From assembly GCA_964398685.1 (NCBI GenBank), contig CAYNNF010000003.1, positions 11,184 through 61,854 of the forward strand: a stretch of DNA of 50,671 bases, written 5' to 3'. Within the stretch, counting starts at the first letter, position 1, and each line of letters starts with the position of its first letter. Both the position numbers and the translations under genes were made by a program. The notes below the pieces were generated by a model, which worked only from the letters and a program-made list of their open reading frames with translations, did not search any database and was not told the DNA's origin. The DNA comes from an uncultured Candidatus Saccharibacteria bacterium. GTDB lineage: Bacteria > Patescibacteriota > Minisyncoccia > JBAYJV01. Shown here in pieces: positions 1-7,737 of this stretch.

Positions 1-116
1 GTTTATTATAGTAATCTATAACAAACTGTGTTTATTATAGTAATCTATAACAAACTGTGTTTATTATAGTAATCTATAACAAACCCTGTTTATTATAGCA
101 AATTATAATAAAAACT
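1..116. repeat. 29-bp head-to-tail tandem repeat, about 4 copies, at the window edge
   Basis: The unit gtttattatagtaatctataacaaactgt is identical at 1-29 and 30-58. The copy at 59-87 has 2 changes and the copy at 88-116 is degenerate. There are no spacers between copies. Each unit contains the inverted repeat ttatag-taat-ctataa. Confidence 0.9.
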
Positions 117-169
117 CCCAATAATAATTGGGGATAACATAATTCTCGCGCCTTAATAATTAAATGTAT

Positions 170-198
170 AAAAAAATGCCCCGAAAATATTCAGGGCA
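170..198 (-). terminator. Putative intrinsic terminator downstream of the CDP-alcohol phosphatidyltransferase gene
   Basis: On the minus strand the stem tgccc/gggca is followed by ttttttta, immediately after the stop at 201. The stem is short. Confidence 0.4.
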
Positions 199-200
199 AT

Positions 201-785
201 TTAACTCTTGGTCCAGAAATATTTAACTAAACTAACAGTTCTCAAGCTGATTGCTATTAGTAAACACGCGTTAACAACACAGCGAAATGTAGACCAATAC
301 GGCGTCCATTTGACTGAAACAAGCGTAACACACAGCGCGCCAATTAGGAATCCATAAGCTACTTTTCCAAAAATATTAGGAAACTTTTTCGTTTTTATTC
401 CTTTATTCCTTTGGAAATATACTCTTATTCCAATCACTATTGTTATTAATTCCAGTCCTGCTAATATGCCAAAAGGAATGCCTAGCAAATGTTTAAATAG
501 AATATATCCACCCGGAAGAACAAAAACTTTATCAATTAGGTGATCCAATGTATCTCCTAGCGAGCTTTCAACATGCCAGCGTCTTGCCAGTGCACCATCT
601 ACAATATCACTCATTGCCCCGCAAAAATATAGGGCTGCTATAATATGGTAATTAGTTATAATGTGAATCCCTACAGGAAAGTAAAACTTATCATGAACTA
701 AAAACCAAATAATAAAATATAAAAAGAGCAAGCGAGAAAAAGTTACTAGATTGGGTATGTATTTTTTCAAAGAACTCATCTCCAT
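201..785 (-). CDS. CDP-alcohol phosphatidyltransferase (PgsA-like), multi-pass membrane protein
   Basis: The motif DIVDGALARR...GDTLDHLIDK matches the D-x2-DG-x2-AR...G-x3-D-x3-D signature. The rest of the protein is hydrophobic. Confidence 0.8.
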   Translation of the reverse strand: MEMSSLKKYIPNLVTFSRLLFLYFIIWFLVHDKFYFPVGIHIITNYHIIAALYFCGAMSDIVDGALARRWHVESSLGDTLDHLIDKVFVLPGGYILFKHLLGIPFGILAGLELITIVIGIRVYFQRNKGIKTKKFPNIFGKVAYGFLIGALCVTLVSVKWTPYWSTFRCVVNACLLIAISLRTVSLVKYFWTKS

Positions 786-810
786 TATATTTTGTTTCCG
801 AGTTCACGAG

Positions 811-895
811 GAATTACAAAACATTGTGTCCGCCGAAGCTTTCTCGGCCTCCGTAGCTGAAGGTACTTCGGTGAAGAAGGCAGCGTAGGCGGGTC
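811..895 (+). repeat. GC-rich miniature element, long variant (copy E1)
   Basis: It starts gaattacaaaacattgtgtccgccgaagc and ends gcgtaggcgggtc. Its first 29 nt match 21/29 positions of the copy at 46011, including the identical tccgccgaagc, and the 3' ends are similar. It is much more GC-rich than its flanks. Outer stem gtccgcc/ggcgggt. Confidence 0.55.
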
Positions 896-971
896 TTTTG
901 TTTTTTGAACTCCATTCTATCTTAACAAAAAAAGTACGCTTTACAAGAACGCACTTTAATTAAAAAAGCTT

Positions 972-1172
972 TTATCTATTTGTAAACGGCAAAAGAGCCA
1001 TAATCCGAGCATGTTTAATGGCTTTTGACAGTTTGCGTTGATGCTTTGAACAAACACCGCTCTTTTTTCTGGGCAAAATTTTGCCTAAGGGCGTTAAATA
1101 TTTTTTTAAAACAACCGTATTGGTATAGTCAATTTCTTTTATATTTTTTTGGCAAAAAAAACAATTACGCAT
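972..1172 (-). CDS. rpsR: 30S ribosomal protein S18
   Basis: SGVCSKHQRKLSKAIKHARIMALLPF matches the conserved S18 core. It is the last gene in the rpsF-ssb-rpsR order. Confidence 0.95.
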   Translation of the reverse strand: MRNCFFCQKNIKEIDYTNTVVLKKYLTPLGKILPRKKSGVCSKHQRKLSKAIKHARIMALLPFTNR

Positions 1173-1216
1173 ATTTCAAATGAAAAACTAAAAAATAAAA
1201 TTTTTAAATTTTGACG

Positions 1217-1236
1217 CCTGCCTGCCGGCAGGCAGG
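1217..1236. other. Perfect 20-bp GC-rich palindrome between ssb and rpsR
   Basis: cctgcctgcc/ggcaggcagg is exactly self-complementary. It lies 5 nt after the ssb stop in otherwise AT-rich DNA. Confidence 0.9.
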
Positions 1237-1241
1237 GAAAG

Positions 1242-1694
1242 CTAAAAAGGAATATCTTCTACATCTACTTCTCCTTCGTCTTCTGTCTCTAAATCTTTCT
1301 CATCTTCTTTTTTAGCAGGTTTTTTTTGGAAAGTATTCGTTGAACTGCCTGAAGACGAATCTGGCTGCATACGAGGACCAAGCTGTAGCTCTTCTCCAAT
1401 AATTTCTGTGCGATAATGTTTCTGACCGTCTTTGCCATCCCATGAACGGTTTTGAATCCTGCCAATGACAAGGCACATTTTTCCTTTATTCAGATATTGA
1501 TTTGCGACATCCGCCAATCTCCCAAACAATACTATGTTGTGGAAATCAGTTGATTCCTGGCGATTGCCAGTTTTATCTTTCCAGACTCTATTGGTAGCCA
1601 AACTAAAATTCGAAATTGCCTGACCCGATGGAAGGGTGCGAGCTTCAGGATCGGCGGTAAGCCGCCCCAAGATAAAAGCCTTATTGAGATTCAT
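1242..1694 (-). CDS. ssb: Single-stranded DNA-binding protein
   Basis: OB-fold N-terminus (NKAFILGRLTADPE...FHNIVLFGRLA). Acidic tail ending in DIPF, the SSB C-terminal tip motif. Confidence 0.95.
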   Translation of the reverse strand: MNLNKAFILGRLTADPEARTLPSGQAISNFSLATNRVWKDKTGNRQESTDFHNIVLFGRLADVANQYLNKGKMCLVIGRIQNRSWDGKDGQKHYRTEIIGEELQLGPRMQPDSSSGSSTNTFQKKPAKKEDEKDLETEDEGEVDVEDIPF

Positions 1695-1778
1695 AAATTA
1701 ATACCGTAAGGACTATAAGAGTTATAATGCCATAACGATTTCTTTTATGGCTTTACAGCTTTACGGCTTTACGGCTAT

Positions 1779-2255
1779 TTAAAGCTCTTTTTCTAAAAGT
1801 TTTTTTAATGATTTGTCTATGTCCTCTAATTTAATTTTGAGTTTTTTCTTCAATTCTGGTTTTTTTATCTTTTCTTTTTTAATTTGACCACTAACACCGC
1901 TTATTTTTTTTATCTTCTCTTCTTTCTCTGTTTCTCTTTTTAGATACTTTCTAGGAACCCTTTTTTGGATTATATCTGCTGTTTTTCTAGTTGTTATTAG
2001 ATAGCGAAGAATTTTCTCTTCTTGCTCTAATGCCTCCCTTAATTCTACCACATTTTCGGGAGAAGTTTCAAATATCAATGAATTTAAAAACGCAGAAATT
2101 TCTTTCTTTATTGGATAAGCAAGCATAATCTTTCTTGATTCTCCTTCTTTTATTATTTTACCGACAATATCTTTCTTAATCTTTTGCCAAATTTCTTGAA
2201 GTTTTTTTTCTTCAAGTTTGCCTGAAAATTGTAAATTTAATTCATAAATCTTCAT
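1779..2255 (-). CDS. rpsF: 30S ribosomal protein S6 with Lys/Glu-rich C-terminal extension
   Basis: The N-terminal ~95 aa are S6-like and the gene sits upstream of ssb-rpsR. The last ~60 aa are a K/E-rich low-complexity tail. Confidence 0.8.
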   Translation of the reverse strand: MKIYELNLQFSGKLEEKKLQEIWQKIKKDIVGKIIKEGESRKIMLAYPIKKEISAFLNSLIFETSPENVVELREALEQEEKILRYLITTRKTADIIQKRVPRKYLKRETEKEEKIKKISGVSGQIKKEKIKKPELKKKLKIKLEDIDKSLKKLLEKEL

Positions 2256-2409
2256 AGTATAATAATCCTCAAACTTTTACGGATCTAAATAAAAACGCGA
2301 ATGATTTTCTATGTTAGCAAAGTATAAGAGAGGAGTCAAGACATACAATTTGATACATATTATTTTAAATGATATCATTATATAAAATTTAAAGTTTAAA
2401 ATTAAATTA

Positions 2410-3759
2410 ATGTTTGATTCTTCTATTTTTAAAGCTTACGATATTCGCGGCACTTATCCCGATCAAATCAACGAAAAAGCGGTATATAATATTGGCAGAG
2501 CTTACCTTGATTTTATTCGCGAGAAAGAAAAAGTTGATGAGCCCCAGATAGTCGTAGGGCGAGACGCCCGCCTCTCTTCAGATAAGCTTTTTGACGCCTT
2601 ATCTCAAGGTATTATAAAACAAGGCGGCGATGTTTTTGATATTGGTTACGCGACAACTCCGATGCTTTATTTCGGAGTTAATTTTTTAACCGCCCAAGGT
2701 GGAATTATAATAACTGCCTCTCATAATCCAGCCGAATATAATGGCCTTAAAATGACCAGAAGCCAAGCTATCCCCATAAGTAGCGCTTCAGGATTAACGA
2801 CTATTAAAAAAAGGGCTCAAGGAGAAAAATTTAAAACTGGTGAAACTAAAGAAAAAATTGATAAAAAACCGATTCTTCCATACTATATAGATTTTTTAAT
2901 GAAAACCGCTAAAGTCAATATTAAAGAAAAAGTTGTTATTGACGCAGCTAATGCTATGACTGCTTTAATCCTGCCCCAGCTTTTAAAAAGGTTAAACATT
3001 AATTATGTCCCTCTCTATTTTAAAATTGACTGTACTTTTCCCAATCACGAAGCTAATCCCTTTAAAGAAGAAACCTTAGATGAATTAAAAAAAACAATGA
3101 AGAAAGAAAGGGCTTCTTTAGGCATCGCCTTTGACGGAGATGGAGATCGGGTTGTTTTCTTAGACGAAGATGCCAAAGTAGTGAGGGGGGATTATATTAC
3201 ATCTCTTTTGGCTCAAGAAATTTTGAAAAAAGAAAAGGGTAAAGTTATTTTTGATCTTAGGTCTATGTGGACGCCAAAGGAGGCAATTAAAAAAGCGGGC
3301 GGAACACCTTTAATCTCCAAAGTAGGTCATTCCTTTATTAAAGAACAAATGAGAAAAGAAGGGGCCCTTTTTGCCGGAGAAACATCGGGTCATTATTTCT
3401 TTCAGGATTTTTTTAATTGTGAATCGGCTTTTCTAACAATGATAAAAGTTTTTGAAATTATGACCCAATCAAAAAAAAGCTTAAAAGAATTAGTAAAGCC
3501 CTTTGAAAAATATTATCATTCAAAAGAAATCAATTTTGAAGTTAAAAATAAGAAAAAAATTATTCAAAAATTAGAAGAAAAATACCCAAAAGGCAAAATT
3601 TCCCATTTAGATGGCTTGACTGTTGAATTTGATGATTGGTGGTTTAATGTCCGCCCTTCAAATACAGAACCCTTGCTAAGATTAAATTTAGAAGCAAAAA
3701 CAGAAGAAGCGATGAAAAAGAGAATTAAAGAGATTGAAAATTTTATAAACAATAATTAA
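2410..3759 (+). CDS. Phosphohexomutase (phosphomannomutase/phosphoglucomutase family)
   Basis: TASHNPAEYNGLK phosphoserine loop, FDGDGDR Mg site, GETSGH sugar loop. Confidence 0.9.
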   Translation: MFDSSIFKAYDIRGTYPDQINEKAVYNIGRAYLDFIREKEKVDEPQIVVGRDARLSSDKLFDALSQGIIKQGGDVFDIGYATTPMLYFGVNFLTAQGGIIITASHNPAEYNGLKMTRSQAIPISSASGLTTIKKRAQGEKFKTGETKEKIDKKPILPYYIDFLMKTAKVNIKEKVVIDAANAMTALILPQLLKRLNINYVPLYFKIDCTFPNHEANPFKEETLDELKKTMKKERASLGIAFDGDGDRVVFLDEDAKVVRGDYITSLLAQEILKKEKGKVIFDLRSMWTPKEAIKKAGGTPLISKVGHSFIKEQMRKEGALFAGETSGHYFFQDFFNCESAFLTMIKVFEIMTQSKKSLKELVKPFEKYYHSKEINFEVKNKKKIIQKLEEKYPKGKISHLDGLTVEFDDWWFNVRPSNTEPLLRLNLEAKTEEAMKKRIKEIENFINNN

Positions 3760-3845
3760 ATTATTTTTATTTAATTTATAAATTCATAATTTGAAAAACC
3801 TCCCTAATAAAATAGAAAGGGTCTTGATTTATTAAAAACAAAGAT

Positions 3846-5210
3846 ATGAAACTTACTTTTTGTGGTGGCGCTAGAGCTGTCACCGGCTCTAACTATCTCC
3901 TTGAGATCGGTCAAAAGAAATATTTAGTTGAATGCGGGCTAATCCAAGGAAGCGCTTTCTCTGAATCGCAGAATTACCAACCTTTTCCTTATGACGCAAA
4001 AGAAATTGAGGCTGTTTTTGTCACACATGCTCATCTTGACCATATTGGTCTTTTGCCAAAATTAGTGAAAAATGGATTTTCGGGAACAATTTATTCTACC
4101 TTACCAACCAAAGATTTGGCTGATCCGTTGCTTAAAGATGCTTTTAAAATTATGCGCTATGAAACAGAACGTTCAAAAAAAGAAATGCTTTATGAATTAA
4201 CAGATATTAACAAATCATTATCGCTTTTTAAGGGCGTAGATTATGGTAAAAAAATAGAAATTGATGAGCAAATTAGTGTAAGATTTCGTGATGCTGGCCA
4301 TGTGCTTGGATCTGCTATTATAGAAATTTGGGCTAAAGAAGGAAAAAAGGAAAGAAAAATAGTCTTTTCTGGTGATTTAGGAAATCCACCTACTCCTCTT
4401 TTGCGTCCAACGGAGCTTATTAAAAAAGCTGATTATATTCTTATTGAATCAACCTACGGAAATAGAATGCACGAAAACAGAGAATTAAGAAAAGAGCTTT
4501 TGGAAGATTTTATAGAAGAGACAATTTCGTCCGGCGGAGTTTTGATGATCCCTTCATTTGCCCTAGAGCGAACTCAAGAAATCTTATACGAGCTCAATGA
4601 ATTAGTGGAAAATCATAGAATCTCGCGCATACCAATTTTTATTGATAGCCCCTTGGCCATTAAATTAACAGATATTTATCAAAAATATCCCGAGTACTAT
4701 AATAATAAGGCCAAATATCTAATAGCAAGCGGAGATGAAATTTTCCAATTTCCCGGGCTTAAATTAACAAAAACTGTTGAAGAGTCAAAAAGGATAAATG
4801 ACATACCGGCGCCAAAAATAATTATTGCTGGTTCAGGCATGTCTAATGGAGGAAGAATCCTTCATCACGAAAGGCGTTATTTGTCTGATTCAAAGAATTT
4901 ACTTCTAATTATTTCTTATCAATCAGTTGGATCATTAGGAAGACGGCTTTTTGAGGGCGAGAAATTCGTAAAGATTTTCAATACGCCGATCCATGTCAGG
5001 TGTAAAATTAAAGCGATTGGCGGTTATTCCGCGCATCCAGACAAAAAAGGCCTTCTGTCTTGGTTAAGGGGCTTTATTAAACCTGTCAAGAAGATTTTTG
5101 TTGTTCATGGAGAAGAAGAAGTGGCCCTGTCTTTAGTAAATTCTATTCAGGACAATTTAGGCATTGACGCAACTGCGCCATTGAGAGGCGATAGCATAAC
5201 ATTAAATTAA
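3846..5210 (+). CDS. MBL-fold beta-CASP hydrolase (CPSF73/COG1236-like putative ribonuclease)
   Basis: THAHLDHIG metal motif, DAGHVLGS, and a C-terminal HGE. Size and layout fit beta-CASP RNA-metabolising MBL proteins. Confidence 0.8.
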   Translation: MKLTFCGGARAVTGSNYLLEIGQKKYLVECGLIQGSAFSESQNYQPFPYDAKEIEAVFVTHAHLDHIGLLPKLVKNGFSGTIYSTLPTKDLADPLLKDAFKIMRYETERSKKEMLYELTDINKSLSLFKGVDYGKKIEIDEQISVRFRDAGHVLGSAIIEIWAKEGKKERKIVFSGDLGNPPTPLLRPTELIKKADYILIESTYGNRMHENRELRKELLEDFIEETISSGGVLMIPSFALERTQEILYELNELVENHRISRIPIFIDSPLAIKLTDIYQKYPEYYNNKAKYLIASGDEIFQFPGLKLTKTVEESKRINDIPAPKIIIAGSGMSNGGRILHHERRYLSDSKNLLLIISYQSVGSLGRRLFEGEKFVKIFNTPIHVRCKIKAIGGYSAHPDKKGLLSWLRGFIKPVKKIFVVHGEEEVALSLVNSIQDNLGIDATAPLRGDSITLN

Positions 5211-5217
5211 AAAAAAC

Positions 5218-6192
5218 ATGGCATATCTAAAAACTATAAATCAACAGCGATATTTGAAAATAGCGCTTTTTTATTTTTTAGGTTTTTTCTTGTCATTTAT
5301 CTTCTGGCTTTTAATAAAGGTAAATTTTGATTTAGTTTTTTTAATAAACGGTGGCATGACAAGTTTAATTATAAGTTTTCTTTCCCTTCTCTTTTTTTGC
5401 TTATTTTTTGCCTTCTTTGCAAATTGCGCCTATCTTCTAAAAAGTTTTTATTTAACATCAGGATTAATTTTATTAGTCAATGTGCCGTATTTTGTTATTT
5501 TCGGCCTTAATCTTTTTGCTTTTGAAGGATTTTTAATTCTAATATTATTGTTTTACATTTGGGGCAAAAGAATAAATCATTATGATAAACAACATGCTCC
5601 TTTTAATCCCCTAATTAGCGGCAGAATTGGCCTAAGATCCGCGGTTACAATTTTTCTGCTTGTTATCTCTTTTTCTTTTTATGTTGCGATTGCTTATGAA
5701 GGAGAAGCCGGTTATTTCATCCCTCGTCTTGAAAAGTACACAGTTAATTTAAGCCATCAAGGGCTAAGCCTGCTTATTCCGGGATATAATAAAAACATAA
5801 AGATTGATAATGCTATTCATTTAATTTTAAAAAATAAATTCTGGCGAAAGTTTATCACTGCTGAAGACGAAATAAATCCATCAGATCCTCAGATAATTCT
5901 TCTGACAAGAAAATCTCTTGAGGATAAACTTGGCATTTCTCTAAACAATGAATCGGCTGATTATTTAATAAGCTATTTAGTAAAGAACTATGTAGGGGAT
6001 ACTTTGATGAAATATCAAAATATTTTCTCTGGCGCAGCTGCCTTAGCTTTTTTCCTTTTCTTAAAATTATTTTCTTGGGCATATTATTTTTTAATCCGAG
6101 GTCTTTCCTGGGTTTGGCTTAGATTGTTCTTGCTTACGAAAATCGTTAGTAAAAAAACCGAAACGATAGAAATAGAAAAAATAGTTATTTAA
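5218..6192 (+). CDS. Hypothetical multi-pass membrane protein
   Basis: Long ORF with several hydrophobic helices and a start 5 nt after the upstream stop codon. No recognisable motif. Confidence 0.6.
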   Translation: MAYLKTINQQRYLKIALFYFLGFFLSFIFWLLIKVNFDLVFLINGGMTSLIISFLSLLFFCLFFAFFANCAYLLKSFYLTSGLILLVNVPYFVIFGLNLFAFEGFLILILLFYIWGKRINHYDKQHAPFNPLISGRIGLRSAVTIFLLVISFSFYVAIAYEGEAGYFIPRLEKYTVNLSHQGLSLLIPGYNKNIKIDNAIHLILKNKFWRKFITAEDEINPSDPQIILLTRKSLEDKLGISLNNESADYLISYLVKNYVGDTLMKYQNIFSGAAALAFFLFLKLFSWAYYFLIRGLSWVWLRLFLLTKIVSKKTETIEIEKIVI

Positions 6193-6200
6193 CAAGAACC

Positions 6201-6239
6201 AATACAAAATACAGAGATTTAATCTCTGTATTTTGTATT
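6201..6239. terminator. Bidirectional terminator hairpin between convergent genes
   Basis: aatacaaaatacagagat-tta-atctctgtattttgtatt is a near-perfect 18-bp stem. It is A/T-flanked and lies between the stop at 6192 (+) and the recA stop at 6250 (-). Confidence 0.75.
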
Positions 6240-6249
6240 ATTTGATATC

Positions 6250-7296
6250 TTAAAGTTTTTTTTCGCTTTCAATTGCTTGATAAATTTTCTTTTCAATGGT
6301 TTTAGCAATTTTTAGATTTTTCCGTAAATACTCGCGCGACATTTCAACTCCCTGCCCCAGTTTTTTGCCGTCAAAACTTAACCAAGATCCAGCTTTTTTA
6401 ATCACATCATATTTTACGCCCGTATAAATTACATCGCCCAAGTAAGAAATACCTTCATTGTAAAGAATGTCAAATTCTGCGGTTCTAAAAGGAGGCGCGA
6501 CTTTATTCTTAACAACCTTGGCTTTAACTCTCACGCCAATAACTTCCTCGCCTTTCTTAAGTTGAGCCGCTTTTCTGACCTCAATTCTGACTGAAGAATA
6601 AAATTTAAGCGCTTTGCCCCCCGGAGTAGTTTCAGGATTACCAAACATAATTCCAATCCTCATCCTAATTTGATTAATAAAGACAATGCTTGTTCCGCTT
6701 TTTGCCACAATAGCTGTTAATTTTCTTAACGCATGAGACATAAGTCGGGCCTGAAGACCAATCTGTTGATCTTCCATTCGGCCTTCAATCTCAGCCCGCG
6801 GAGTCAAGGCGGCCACCGAGTCAATGACAATTAAATCAACTGCCCCTGAGCGCACCATCGTTTCAACAATATTAAGCGCTTGTTCGCCCGTATCAGGTTG
6901 AGATATCAAAAGATCATCTATTTTGACTCCAATCTTTTTAGCATATTCAGGGTCTAAAGCGTGTTCAGCATCAATAAAAGCAACAACACCGCTTTTTTTT
7001 TGAGATTCCGCAACAATATGCAAGCTTAGTGTGGTTTTTCCCGATGATTCTGGTCCATAGATTTCAATAACTCTTCCTTTGGGAATCCCCCCAATTCCTA
7101 AAGCAATATCTAAAGATATTGAACCAGTTGGAATACTGTTGACATCGACTTTTTTTGCTTCTCCTAATTTCATAACCGCGCCCTCGCCATATTTTTCTTT
7201 GATTTCGTCAACGACAGCTTGAATTTTTTTCTCTGTATCGCCAACTATTTTTTCTTTAATTGTTTTTTGTATTTTTGGTTCTTTTTTTGAAGTCAT
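6250..7296 (-). CDS. recA: Recombinase RecA
   Basis: Walker [31 protein letters not shown]. Full-length RecA-like. Confidence 0.97.
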   Translation of the reverse strand: MTSKKEPKIQKTIKEKIVGDTEKKIQAVVDEIKEKYGEGAVMKLGEAKKVDVNSIPTGSISLDIALGIGGIPKGRVIEIYGPESSGKTTLSLHIVAESQKKSGVVAFIDAEHALDPEYAKKIGVKIDDLLISQPDTGEQALNIVETMVRSGAVDLIVIDSVAALTPRAEIEGRMEDQQIGLQARLMSHALRKLTAIVAKSGTSIVFINQIRMRIGIMFGNPETTPGGKALKFYSSVRIEVRKAAQLKKGEEVIGVRVKAKVVKNKVAPPFRTAEFDILYNEGISYLGDVIYTGVKYDVIKKAGSWLSFDGKKLGQGVEMSREYLRKNLKIAKTIEKKIYQAIESEKKL

Positions 7297-7332
7297 AATG
7301 ATAAAAATTTAATAAAAAGACAGGTTAAAATA

Positions 7333-7737
7333 TCACTTTAATTTTAAAATCCTTAATTCAAAATTATTTTTTTTGCCAAAACGCGATTCCGCTTCAATAG
7401 TGAAAAAATTCAAATCCTTGTGCAAATCCACGTTTTTTTCAAAACTACCCTCCTCGTCAAAAGGAAACAATTGGCCATTAATCCTTAAAAGATATGTTCT
7501 TTTTACATATCCTCTAATTAGATATTCGTCGCTTTCTATTTTGATCTCTTTGGCCTGTGGCTGAGTTATAATAATTTTTGGCGGAAGAACAACGCTTAAT
7601 AATTTCTCTAGAAAAAAAACAAAAATTAAAATTGACAAAATTCCCCACAAAAAATGCATTAAATAAACTCTTCTAAAATGCATTATCTTCTTTTTTAATA
7701 AGAATTTCGCGCGACTTTGATCCCCGAGGCGGTCCAA
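7333..7737 (-). CDS. Hypothetical small membrane-anchored protein
   Basis: One TM helix (FLWGILSILIFVFFL) plus a ~90-aa soluble domain. The longest ORF overlaps the ftsK 3' end, so the real start is more likely the internal Met at 7683 or 7659. Confidence 0.5.
   Translation of the reverse strand: MDRLGDQSRAKFLLKKKIMHFRRVYLMHFLWGILSILIFVFFLEKLLSVVLPPKIIITQPQAKEIKIESDEYLIRGYVKRTYLLRINGQLFPFDEEGSFEKNVDLHKDLNFFTIEAESRFGKKNNFELRILKLK

Noticed and set aside
1-116. Possible CRISPR array, given that the repeat unit is 29 bp
   Set aside because: The copies are directly abutting with no spacers, the fourth copy is degenerate, and no cas genes are visible. It is a tandem repeat, not a CRISPR array, at least within this window.
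811-912. Small SRP (4.5S) RNA: the hairpin GCUG-AAGGUAC-UUCG-GUGAAGAAGGCAGC loosely resembles helix 8
   Set aside because: The conserved GGAA/AGCA loop geometry does not fit without indels. The same terminal sequences recur at 46011-46077 inside a coding region, so a dispersed repeat is the better explanation. An Rfam scan is needed for certainty.
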